A stretch of DNA of 64,000 nt from Tubiluchus corallicola (lineage: Eukaryota > Animalia > Priapulida). Position numbers and translations under genes: made by a program. Below are positions 46,464-57,700 of this stretch, in pieces; the first letter of the stretch is position 1; each line of letters begins with the position of its first letter. The stretch lies in assembly GCA_030141605.1 (NCBI GenBank), contig JAQGDQ010000150.1, forward strand, positions 430,493 to 494,492, in the 5' to 3' direction. The notes under the pieces are model-generated. The model worked only from the letters and a program-made list of their open reading frames with translations. It was not told the origin of the DNA and did no database searches.

Positions 46464-47949
46464 CTAAAAAGTCATGGTTAAGTTCTTTAATAGTGTAAAG
46501 TGCTCTGGCAGTAAACACAAATCTGTTATATTTAAAAACTGTTTTAGCTCAGTCAGGCGTTTGTCATGACTGATTATGGTATACTTCCCTTTTCGGCGAT
46601 ATATATTGTAAAGTACGTGGTATCTTGAATTGTGTTCTATATTTTGTTTTTTTCCAAATACGTTCTATGAATTAGAGAAGATTGCCCCAGACTGCCATGC
46701 TGTTCTCGAAGCATCTTTAACTCCACAATACTATAAAAGGTTTTATTATTTAATGTTCTAAACGAGATTATTCCATTTTCGTCATTATAATGAACAACTC
46801 AATGTTATAATCCTGAATTACAAAGATATCATTAAAAATCTAACAATACTCCGTAGAAGAACAAGAATGTAAAAAATATGAAAGATAGGCCATTTTACGT
46901 AAGACATATCAAGCGGCACTCAACGTCACCATCTAAGACCAAAGAGCCAGAGAAGCACTACACCAATTGCCTTTACTGCTGCTAGCACTTAGCACGTTCA
47001 TTACGCCACACCGTGAATGTAATGGATAAATTGCACCTCATTTCATTAGTCACAACAAAAATAACTGCACAGTATGTACAATAAGTTTCAAGTATCTGCA
47101 AATATAGATGACATGGCCTTATAAGAATTAACAAGTTATTGTCTATATGTAGAAGGAAAAGTGGACGCTGGTGCACAGGGAAGCATTTTGTTATCTGGAA
47201 CTTTTCGTAAAATCTATCCAAGACTCATCAATCTGCGAGGTCTATCCAGAAATTTAAAGCTAGTCAGATTCAGACAACACTCGTCTAACAGTAGGCCTAC
47301 ACCCTTTCAACATTAACGTCACAATGCCATGTGTGTATAAAGATGTTACACAACTCGATATTTCATGTAGTAAATTCTTCTAGTTTAGCACTTTTGGACT
47401 AAATACACATGCTGCCCTATGTAAACCTAATTACATCAAATATCAACTCAACGCAAGAAGCAAGCAGCTCATTTCAGCACCTAAAGAAGTGTTGCGCCAA
47501 TGTTGAAAGGAAATGGCAAAACCACAAGGGCGTATCGTATCGCCAAATGTTCAAGGAAGGAGTGTGAGGAGTCAGGTGAGCCAGCAAATCCGCGGCATAT
47601 AAGTCTCAAACAGGCGGCGAGGTGTGTCAACCAATTACGCCGCTTATGAATCGTTTATCGTTTTCGACCAAAGATTTGAATGAAACAATGTCGCTCAAGG
47701 AGGCGGCACTGGAAGTAGTAATAAATTAGACAGTTTAAAAAACAGATGAACTTATTATAAATTCACTGCATATTACTAATGCGCAGAGTCTATTCTATTG
47801 CAAAGGCCAGGGATGTAAATATGAGAAAATATCTGTCACTATTTGGCTTTCAGTAAGGTATTCGACTCTCAATTTTTCATTAAAATGCATGTAATAGTGC
47901 ATTTTGTTAAGCGTCAGTAAAACCCAATTCAAAAATTGCAAGCGGGTGG

Positions 47950-48820
47950 ATGTTTTATACAGGTACCTGGGCAGATCAAATGAAATTAGCCTTTATGAAA
48001 CTAAATTTGCTTGTCAGCTTTAATCGAGTTAAATTACTCTGTAATCTGTATGTCATAGGTCTTGGCGTAATAATGTAAATAGTATAAGCCCAAATCCTGA
48101 AAAAATGTTTCTATAAAGTTCTGCAGGCGTTTTTTGTAAAAGTGGGCAAGATAGCCAATCTTATCAATTTGATTAGGCTGAATCTGAAAAAAAGCAGTTG
48201 CTAGCTCGAAAAATTAGCGGAAAAATGCAAAAAACAAAATGGCCGCCACGTTTTGGCACAAGCAAGGTAATGAAAAGAAATTGTCTGAAAATTAGCATTA
48301 AAAGGCCATTATGACATATATTTCAGGGTAGTTGAACCCATTTCTGTCATTTTCATTTCTAAAATGGCGACCGTATTCAAAATGCTAGACTAGATTGACC
48401 AGCAAGATTTCTATTGCTAGCATATAAAGGCGACATCACAGTTCTCAGAGCAGATAAGATCATGATTTTGGTGCGTATATGTAATTTTTCAAGGTCAAGG
48501 AATCCACGTGTGGTGCTAGGGCAATGATCAATGCCAGGCCAAACAATAACCTGCCTACCATAACAATATCTATCATTCTTCTGGTGTACCCCAACAATGT
48601 AGTATATGTTGGAGGAATTGTCACCAAAAAACTTTTCTTTTCTAGTGAACAAGCCTTTATATAATTTGCAAACTAACACCAATGCGCTAGATTTGTCATA
48701 CAGGAGTACAACAAAACATTCCAGCACAGGAATGAGTTCAGTTAATAGTTTTGCTCTAGTAATGTTAGTTAAAGGTATAGCAGAGCTGATTTTTTAGAAT
48801 CAATGGCATTCGCATTTTCT
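47950..48820 (-). mobile_element. Decayed Academ-like (XPG-type) DNA transposon end
   Basis: Minus-strand LECFVVLLYDKSS...LFTRK, then after a frameshift TIPPT..LL...R and AGYC. This resembles the C-terminal part of Academ-type transposases. Adjacent repeated aaaatggc(c/g)(g/a)cc boxes suggest a terminal region. Confidence 0.55.
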
Positions 48821-48839
48821 TGTATATAAGAGAGGGCCT

Positions 48840-51073
48840 TGTCGTGGAGCTGATGTGGGCTCTGACCACCACCTAGTTCAAGGAAAAGTGCAGCTCAAAC
48901 TGAAAAAGATACAAAAGCCAAAAATCACAAGACCTTTTGCGGTTGAAAACCTGAAAGACCAACAAAAAGCAAGGAGTTTTGAACTTGCACTTAGCAACAA
49001 ATTTGAACCACTACTACAAGCCAACGATATTGAAGAACAGTGGAAAATATTCAAAGAAGCAGTAACAGCAGTTGCAGATGAACAGATCGGCAGAAGAAGG
49101 GGTAACAGAAAAGAAATGTGGATACAAGAAAAAACTTGGGAATTAATTGCTGAAAGAAAGAAGACCAAGCAAAAACACCAGAAAGCAGGAGTCAAGCCAA
49201 TGAGCAGTACCAACTGGCAGATAGAGCAGTAAAAAGACGTTGCAGGAGGGACAAGAACGAATGGTTTGAAAAGAAGGGTGAAGAAGCACAGTTAGCAGCC
49301 AGCCATAATGATACCAAGACTCTCTACAGAATTGTTAAAGATCTAACGGGAACAGGAGGTACCCCAGCTGTGCCAATCAAGAACAAAAGTGGTGTGACTC
49401 TCACAACAACAGAACAGCAAAACGCACGATGGGTGGAACACTTCAAGGAAGTTCTCAACCAGCCAAACCCAACAACATTATTCAATTTTGAGAATGAAAT
49501 TGGACAACAACAGCTAGATGTAAGATTGGACAACATCAGTGAACTGGAAGTCGAAACTGCCATCAAAAAACTAAAGAACAACAAAGCAGCTGGAGAGGAC
49601 CAAATAACAGCTGAGCTCCTAAAACACGGTAATAAAGGGATAACACGATCAATGACAAAGCTCCTGAACAGCTGCTGGGAACAACAAAAGGTCCCCGAAG
49701 ATTGGAGAAATGGAGTCATCGTGAAGTTGCCTAAAAAAGGGAACCTGACAGATTGCAATAATTGGAGAGGAATAACTCTGATGTCAATACCTGGAAAAGT
49801 CCTGAGTATAGTGCTGCTAGATCGGTTGAGAGATGCTGTTGATATAAGACTAAGAGAACAACAAGCTGGATTTAGAAAAGGAAGATCATGCTGTGAACAG
49901 ATATTCACTCTCAGAAACATCATTGAGCAATGTATGGAATTCCAACAGCCCTTATTAATCAATTTTATTGATTTCAAGAAGGCTTTTGACTCTGTTCACA
50001 GGCAGTCTCTATGGAAAATTGCTTCTCTGTATGGTATCCCACAGAAATTCATTTCAACCATCCAGAACTTTTACCAAAACAGCGGCTGTTGTATAAGAAC
50101 ACAAGAGGGAAACACCGAGTATTTCACCATCGAAACTGGAGTTAAGCAGGGTTGCATTATGTCGCCATTCCTGTTCCTACTGACGATTGATTTCATCATG
50201 AACAAGGCGGTTGATGGTAAAGATCTAGGAATGCAATGGAAACAACAACAACGATTGGCAGATCTGGACTTTGCTGAAGATATAGCTCTTCTGGAAACAT
50301 CAAAAGAAAGCCTGCAACAACTGACCACAAGTATGGAAGAAGTAGCGGGAAAAATTGGATTGAGAATTAGTCAAGAAAACACCAAAGTTTTGAAAGTGTG
50401 GACAAACCAACAGAATGATGTACATATAACAGTGGGAGGCCAAATGGTTAAGAACGTTACCAGTTTTTCATATCTAGGCAGTGTGATGACCTGTAATGGA
50501 GGTACAGAAAATGACATCAGGGGGAGAATCGGCAAAGCAACAGCAGTATTTAGGAAGATGGGAAAAATCTGGACAAGCAAGAAAATTGACATGAAAATCA
50601 AACTTCGTCTGTACAACGCCATTGTGCTGCCAACGGCTCTCTATGCCAGCGAAACCTGGAAAGTCACAGCGGAGTTATCAAAGAAACTGAACGTCTTCCA
50701 CCAAAAATGCCTTCGAAAGATACTAAAAATCTCCTACCGCGACCATGTCACCAATGTAGAAGTTCTTCAACGAGCGCAGTCATTGCGGTTACAAGATATA
50801 GTTACAGAGAGAAGAATGAAACTGGCTGGACATATTCTCCGTCTATCAGAAAGTCGCTACGCCAAAACAGCAGCACAGTGGGAACCACCTGGTGGGAAAC
50901 GAAAAAGAGGTCGGCCAAAAACAACGTGGCGCAGATCCTTCAAAGAAGACCTTCGAGCTGTCAACAGACGTTGGGAAAACGTAGAGAACGAAGCCGCCGA
51001 TAGAACTCAGTGGAAAATGCTGTCTGCCCAATGTGCATCAATGCGCAGGAAGGACTAAGGTCTAAGGTAAGGT
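48840..51073 (+). mobile_element. 5'-truncated RTE-clade LINE (end of APE endonuclease plus RT)
   Basis: RGADVGSDHHLV (end of EN) and a frameshift near 49180. ORF 49370-51058 has CNNWRGITL, QAGFRKGRSC, FIDFKKAFDSV, GVKQGCIMSP, LDFAED (catalytic DD altered) and GKRKRGRPKTTW. A (TAAGG)-like tail is present and no TSD is visible. Confidence 0.93.
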
Positions 51074-51258
51074 CAACTTGATTTAACCATGCCTCAACAT
51101 GATTTAACTATGGCTCAACTGGATTTAGCTGTGGCTCAACTTGATTTGACTGTGACTCAACTTGATTTGACTATGACTCAACTTGATTTAACTATGGCTC
51201 AACTTGATTTAACTATGGCAAAACTTGATTTAGCTATGCCTCAACTTGATTTAACTAT
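51074..51258. repeat. 21-bp minisatellite (caacttgatttaactatggct), about 9 copies
   Basis: Directly visible. It starts exactly at the RTE tail. Confidence 0.93.
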
Positions 51259-51341
51259 GAATGCAACAGTAAGCACACAATGTGATTTTGCACAAACCTG
51301 TATAGAACTACTGTATAGATCAACAAAAAGCATGATTAAAA

Positions 51342-51713
51342 GACACAACAATATGACACAACAATATGTCACAACAATAAGTCACAACAGTATGTCACAA
51401 CAATATGACATAACAATATGACCTAATAATATGACACAACAATATGCCACAACAGTATGTCACAACAACATGACACAACAATATGACCTCATAATATGAC
51501 ACAACAATATGACACAACAATATGTCACAACAATATGACACAACAATATGTCACGACAATATGACAGAACAATATGTCACAACAGTATGTCACAATAATA
51601 TGACACAACAATATGACCTAATAATATGACACAACAATATGACACAACAATATGACACAACAATATGTCACGGCAATATGTCACAACAATATGACACAAC
51701 AATATGTCACAAC
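51342..51713. repeat. 13-bp minisatellite (acaacaatatg(a/t)c), about 28 copies
   Basis: Directly visible. It runs into the splice donor of CTDNEP1 exon 6. Confidence 0.93.
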
Positions 51714-51717
51714 TCAC

Positions 51718-54700
51718 CTGGATAAGACCTATAAGCAGCTGGGGAATTATCTAATATAAAGATACTGGAAAGATCGCTGTGTATCGCTGATAGGTCTTTC
51801 GTATAACTACCAAATTCTAACGTGCAATGCTGAAATGAACAAGAAAAATCTTAAAAATCCGGGTAGCAGGTACTCCAGGGCCTCTCGGTATTCAGCAGCA
51901 AACTCGCGCACATCAGGGTAACACGCCTATCTTGGCAGTAACTTCATTTTCTAATATGGTAACAAATGCCACCACTTTTTTTATTGGTTTGTATTGCAAT
52001 AGTAGCTGCCCCATAGTAAATGGTAGGTTTAACTGCACTCATATCTCGGTTTGCTGCACAAAGCTGGGAGACGTCGGACTGAATTTGCCGATTGTCTGTA
52101 TTTACCAATACCAAGCTAATGCAGTAGGCACCGTGTATTAGATTCACGGTAATGAATGTAGAATCAATCGCCTAATTGTCTCAGAAATGTCTAGTAAGGA
52201 CCGCTCCTGACATACAAGCTACACAGGTATCGTTATGCGCTGCTTAGCTCCACTGATGTAACGATGTAAACAAAGTGGGGGCCCATCAACTAGCGGTCAG
52301 CTCACAAATTAGTGGCCTGTCTCCGTAGTATGCGGGACTTTTTAGCGGTCCAGATTTTGTCCGATTTTTGCAATATCCGTGTACGCGAGGTCCGGCAAGA
52401 CGAGATATGAATGCACACCAACTTATGTTTTTTCTGCTAACCCTGTACTGAATTTCTTCTTAGTAATTTTCATAAAATTCTTAAACGACAATGTCTTTTT
52501 TGTTTGGTTACCATGCTGTCAGTACACACATGCCAAACGGGGGACAAGTAATTGTATCCAACGACATCATAAGAAGTAAACATAACAAAGCTTTGGACAA
52601 GTAAAAATCGGTTTCCGTGTTAAATTTTTTGCAAAAACTATCAAACTACTAACCGCATACATTTTATTCATTTATATTTGTATTTTTTTCTATTTTCTTT
52701 CGTATTTTTGCTTTTATAAAATAAGTCATTCGGCGCGTGAGTAAACGGGGCTGTTGAAATTTAGCAAACACCGGTGAGAAAGTCAGAAAGCCAAACCCCC
52801 GGTGGTAAGCGCACGAGCGAAAACATTTTGCAATTCAGCATTTAGAAGCTTCTTAAACCACAGATTAATTAAAACTTCGCTGTAAACATTACAATTCCGG
52901 GATGTTGCTAACTGCATACGTCAACATAGAAAAGATACAAGGTTTATTTAACATGGAGGCATAATAAACATGACAAGCTTAGTTTACTGACCACGGGAAC
53001 CTGCATAAAGCCTCTGTGTTGACTTACCAGAATTTCCGGAAGGACCGGGGAAGCTGTGTACAGCCTCTGCGCTGACTTACCAGAATTTCCCGGAGGACCG
53101 GGGAACCTGTGTACAGCTTCTGCGCTGATTTACCACCAGAATTTCCGGGAGGACCGGGGAACCTGTGTACAGCCTCTGCGCTGATTTACCACCAGAATTT
53201 CCGGGAGGACCGGGGAACCTGTGTACAGCCTCTGCGCTGATTTACCACCAGAATTTCCCAGAGGACCGGAGAACCTGTGTACAGCATCTGCTCTGATTTA
53301 CCAGAATTTCCGGGAGGACCGAGGAACCTGTGTACAGCCTCTGCGCTGATTTACCAGAATTTCCCAGAGGACCGGGGAACCTGTGTACAGCCTTGTACAG
53401 CCTCTGCGCTGATTTACCAGAATTTCCGGGAGGACCGGCATTAAATTTGCAGCCAGCAGGGAGTTCATCTAGTAAGTTACAAGAAGTTTACCTGTCGATA
53501 GTACCGTCGCTTCAAAATACCCTTTCTATTGTCCAATCTCTCAGTGACCGCGGCACCGTAGATTTCCATACTTGCAGTAAATATGACTAGTTCATACCAT
53601 TGACTGACCTGTGAAAAGGGTTATGACGTTAGTTACAGGGGAACTGAATCCAAATTTAGACTACATCATCATCATCGTCATCTAATGAATCACACGTCCA
53701 GGGACATGATTCCGCTCATCTACCTATGCCAGATCATCATCTCATCATCATCATCATCACCATCATCCAATGAATCACACGTCCAGGGACATGATTCTGC
53801 TCATCTCCCTATGCCAGGACTCCCTACACGCTGCAATGCCCCAAGTGCATTTATTTCTAAGGATCAAAGCTGAAGTGTTTAAATCTCTCTGTGCAAAATC
53901 TAAATATGTTAACATTTGTCCTCCTGCAGGTTTTTTAGCTGGTTCTATGGCTTGATGAAGAGCTATCTTCACTGGATTATCATCAGATAGTCTAAGCATA
54001 TGATGCCCAATCCATCTTAAACGACAGACACATTCTCAAAATTTCTACAAAATTGTCATGACATTTGCAGTCATTTGCTTAAAATGTCCTTGGAAAACGG
54101 TTTAGATCAGTGTTGCTTCGGATACACTTTTCGCCGGATAGCGAATACATCTTCAAATTGACTTCCGGATTCGGATTATAACCGGATAGGTTAGCTAAAT
54201 TCGGATCAAATATGAGGATCAGTTCAGATAATGAAAAATTGGTAAATGTTTGCAAACTTTAGTGTTTTAATTTCGTCTGTCAAAAAAGAGATATCATCTT
54301 AAAGGACCTAGCCCAAAGATACACCATATTGCCACACACAAACGAAAAAAGATGTGTGTAAAATTTTCGTATTGAAAACACAAACATAGGCTAAAATGAT
54401 CTCTTGTAAATATTTTATTTATTCTCGGCTGATAAATTATTCGAAAACCGTTTGCACTAAATGAAAACCAGATAGCGAATATTTTCGAATATCAACTTTT
54501 ATAACTACCGGATAATATCAGATACGAATACTTGTAGAATATCGCGAATATTACCATTTTCGGATATGAATTGGATATCCGAAGCAACACTAGTTTAGGT
54601 ATTCTTCGAAGTTACGAATGTCATAAAACAGACTAATTGTCATTTCTTTGATTAGAATCAAATTAAACAGATAAGGAAGTTAAATCCAATGTTTTCTTTT

Positions 54701-57700
54701 TTAATCGTCTATAGGCGAGAAAGAACTGAGACGATCGATCGATAAAATAATGCGAACAAAAACTTTCAAAAACTTCCCGGATAATTCAAAACAGGTTCAT
54801 GAAAATGTATAAGAACTTTTGCTTAACCCAGAGATAGTGATGGGTGATTTTGATTTTTTTGAATTCGATCATAATCTTGTTTTAGTAATTCGATATCACG
54901 ATTAATCCTTTTTATTGTTTGAGCTATTTTCATTTTTCAAACATTTTCGTATTTGAAAGGTATTTTTATAGATGCATACATTCATTAATTACTCTATTAC
55001 TACGTCACTACACATGTCACGTGAAAATGAATAAGAAGCATCAGTTTGCAACACTGTACTTTGCAACTGTGTGCATTGTGTAAGGCGAGAAAAATGAAGA
55101 AAAAATGCAATAATTTTTCATTTACTTGTGCTAAAACACTACCTTTTAGTCAGTGTGTAACACACATATTTTGATTTCGATTAATCTCGATTAATTGACT
55201 TAATAATAATATAATAATAATAATCTTTATTTAAAGTCGGCTTTTGGGTCAACAATTAACATTAGCTCAAAGAGCTATTATCGCCGACTGTAAATAACAA
55301 CCTAAACCAACATAAAAGAGACTATTATTACCCCACTTTCACCCTAAATACCACGAGTCAGACAGGGCAACAGCAGGTACCATTTTTAAAGTCTTTGGTA
55401 TGACCCGGACGCTGGTTCGAACTCACGACCTCCCAGACGGAAAGCAGAGGGAATTACTACTAGTCTAAACCGTCTGGTAAATTATTATTATCATTATTAA
55501 ATAGCTGATTATGTTTGTAATCTCGATTAATTCGATCAATCTATTAATCACCCATCACTACAGCCAGAGATGTGCCAGTAACTATCGTAGTGTTGAGAGT
55601 ATTGATGAAAAGTACTGAAATTGTTTAATACTTACAATTTCTAAGAAATAATCAACATGTGGCCTTTTATGTACAAAAAATCGGACAGGATGCCTATCAA
55701 TTATAACCTGCAAAAAAAATTGATGATTTAAATTCCGTACTTTTCGGTTGATCTTGGTTACAAAAATTTAACAATTATGGGTAGACAATCAAGCTTGGTT
55801 TCAAAAATTCAACAATTATGGGCACACAATCAAGCTTGGTTTCAAAAATTTAACAATTATGGGTGCACAGTCAAGCTTGGTTTCAAAAATTTAACAATTG
55901 TGGGCACACAATCAAGCTTGGTTTCAAAAATTCAACAATTATGAGCACACAATCAAGCTTGGTTTCAAAAATTCAACAATTGTGGGCACACAATCAAGCT
56001 TGGTTTCAAAAATTCAACAATTATGAGCACACAATCAAGCTTGGTTTCAAAAATTCAACAATTATGGGCACACAATCAAGCTTGGTTTCAAAAATTCAAC
56101 AATTATGGGCACACAATCAAGCTTGGTTTCAAAAATTCAACAATTATGGGCACACAATCAAGCTTGGATTCAAAAATTCAACAATTATGGGCACACAATC
56201 AAGCTTTGTTACAAAAATCCGACAATTATGGCTTCATAGTCAAGCTTGGTTTCAAAAATTCACCAATTATAACTCATCAGACAAGCTTGGTTTCAAAAAT
56301 GCAACAAACAGAATTCAAGAAAATGGGCAACTGAAGCCGAAATAGGTATGAAAAACAGAATTGGCCCGATTTCCGTCTTTTCTGCAAAATTAATGCATAC
56401 TACAGATGGAATTTTCTTCACTTGTTACCTTCAGGCAAAACTAAGTAGTTTTTCAGCCTTTTGTGACCTTGAAAGAAGTTCTTTCCCAAGTTTTATTTTT
56501 CATGCAATTTGCTTTCCTACTTTCACTAAGCTTTTGCATTTTCCACGAGAAATGTGGAAAATTCTTTAGACCGAGCTTCAAGCGAATAGCAGTACGTTTG
56601 TGGAAAAGTTTCCCTGTTCACACAAACACGATCCGACGATGTTAAGCGTATGACAGCTAGCCAGGAAATTTCCCGAAGTGTACAAATATGACAGGATATT
56701 GTTCTGTAACTTTTGTGCGCAAATTAATAGTTGGCATTCTTGTTTCATCTTAGCCGAATACAAATACCTGATAGACTGCATACTTAATTAATACAAAAAT
56801 TTATCGTTTTAATTGCAATCTATCGCACATCACATAATGTGATGATAAGTATTAGTTACAGGGCCACGTACTTTCTAATTTCTATGAAGTGGACTTGAAA
56901 TGGAATTGACGATTCTTTGAAACAGAATTTGGCCAATTTGACATACAAATGTACATATAAATGCATAGAAATCTCAAGATGGATTCTTCCATTGGCACTT
57001 TTCTCTTGGCTTACATAAGAAATACAGATTAGCACAGCGCATTGAGTTTCTTTACTGTAATCTGTGCAATGCGGTCACGTAGGATCTTGATTCAGCGTCT
57101 AATGAAAAGTTAATTTGTTTGGACGCCTGAAGAAAAAAAATTCACCTTTCCGCAGTTCAAGTGTGGAAGATATCCCGGTTAAAATCAATGATGATATTAC
57201 AGGGATGAGAATGACAAATTGCTAAAAACAGGCCGGGGGGTTGGGGGCCGTGCAGACCGCCATAGGGGTGCAAGCCCCTTGCAGTCAGCAACAAATTGCA
57301 ATTTTGTGACCATCCAGAGCCTCTAACTGGACTTAAAATGTCAGTTATTTGTTTTGTGCACAATTTAAAATACCCAACTATCAAGGATACATGATACCTA
57401 ATTGACTCAAAAACACCTAAGTACTGGACGTTCCTATGCAAAAGTATATAAAAACTGTCTGCAATTGAATCAAATAACTCCGCACAATTGATTCTATCTA
57501 TATTTTCATACATAGAGATATACACATGATGTTACACTGATGTACGTGACGTAAACAAAGTGACGGCCTGCCAACTAGCGGTCAACTTGTGAAATAATGT
57601 AGAGGGTCCGTAACAATTTTCTCAACGAATTTACGCAATTTACAAAAATGGCACTATTGGTCTTCCAAAAATTCAAAATTCCGCATATCCGCGGAAAATT

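Noticed and set aside
47465-47530. Minus-strand IGATLL/LGAEMS as a remnant of the missing SLC20 first exon
   Set aside because: It has an in-frame stop, no GANDVANS upstream and no suitable donor, so it is probably chance similarity.
49324-51031. Antisense ORFs over the RTE element and over the LINE at 29-33 kb
   Set aside because: These are shadow ORFs of retrotransposon coding sequence.
51089-51421. Heptad (QLDLTMA)n coiled-coil-like ORF
   Set aside because: It is the translation of the 21-bp satellite, with no splice or promoter support.
52993-53438. 56-59-bp array as a CRISPR-like array
   Set aside because: The whole unit repeats with no variable spacers, so it is an ordinary minisatellite.
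55752-56345. 41-bp array as a CRISPR array or a repeat-protein gene (ORFs of 160 and 103 aa)
   Set aside because: Units are contiguous with no unique spacers, there are no cas genes, and the context is a eukaryotic intron. The ORFs exist only because the unit lacks stops.
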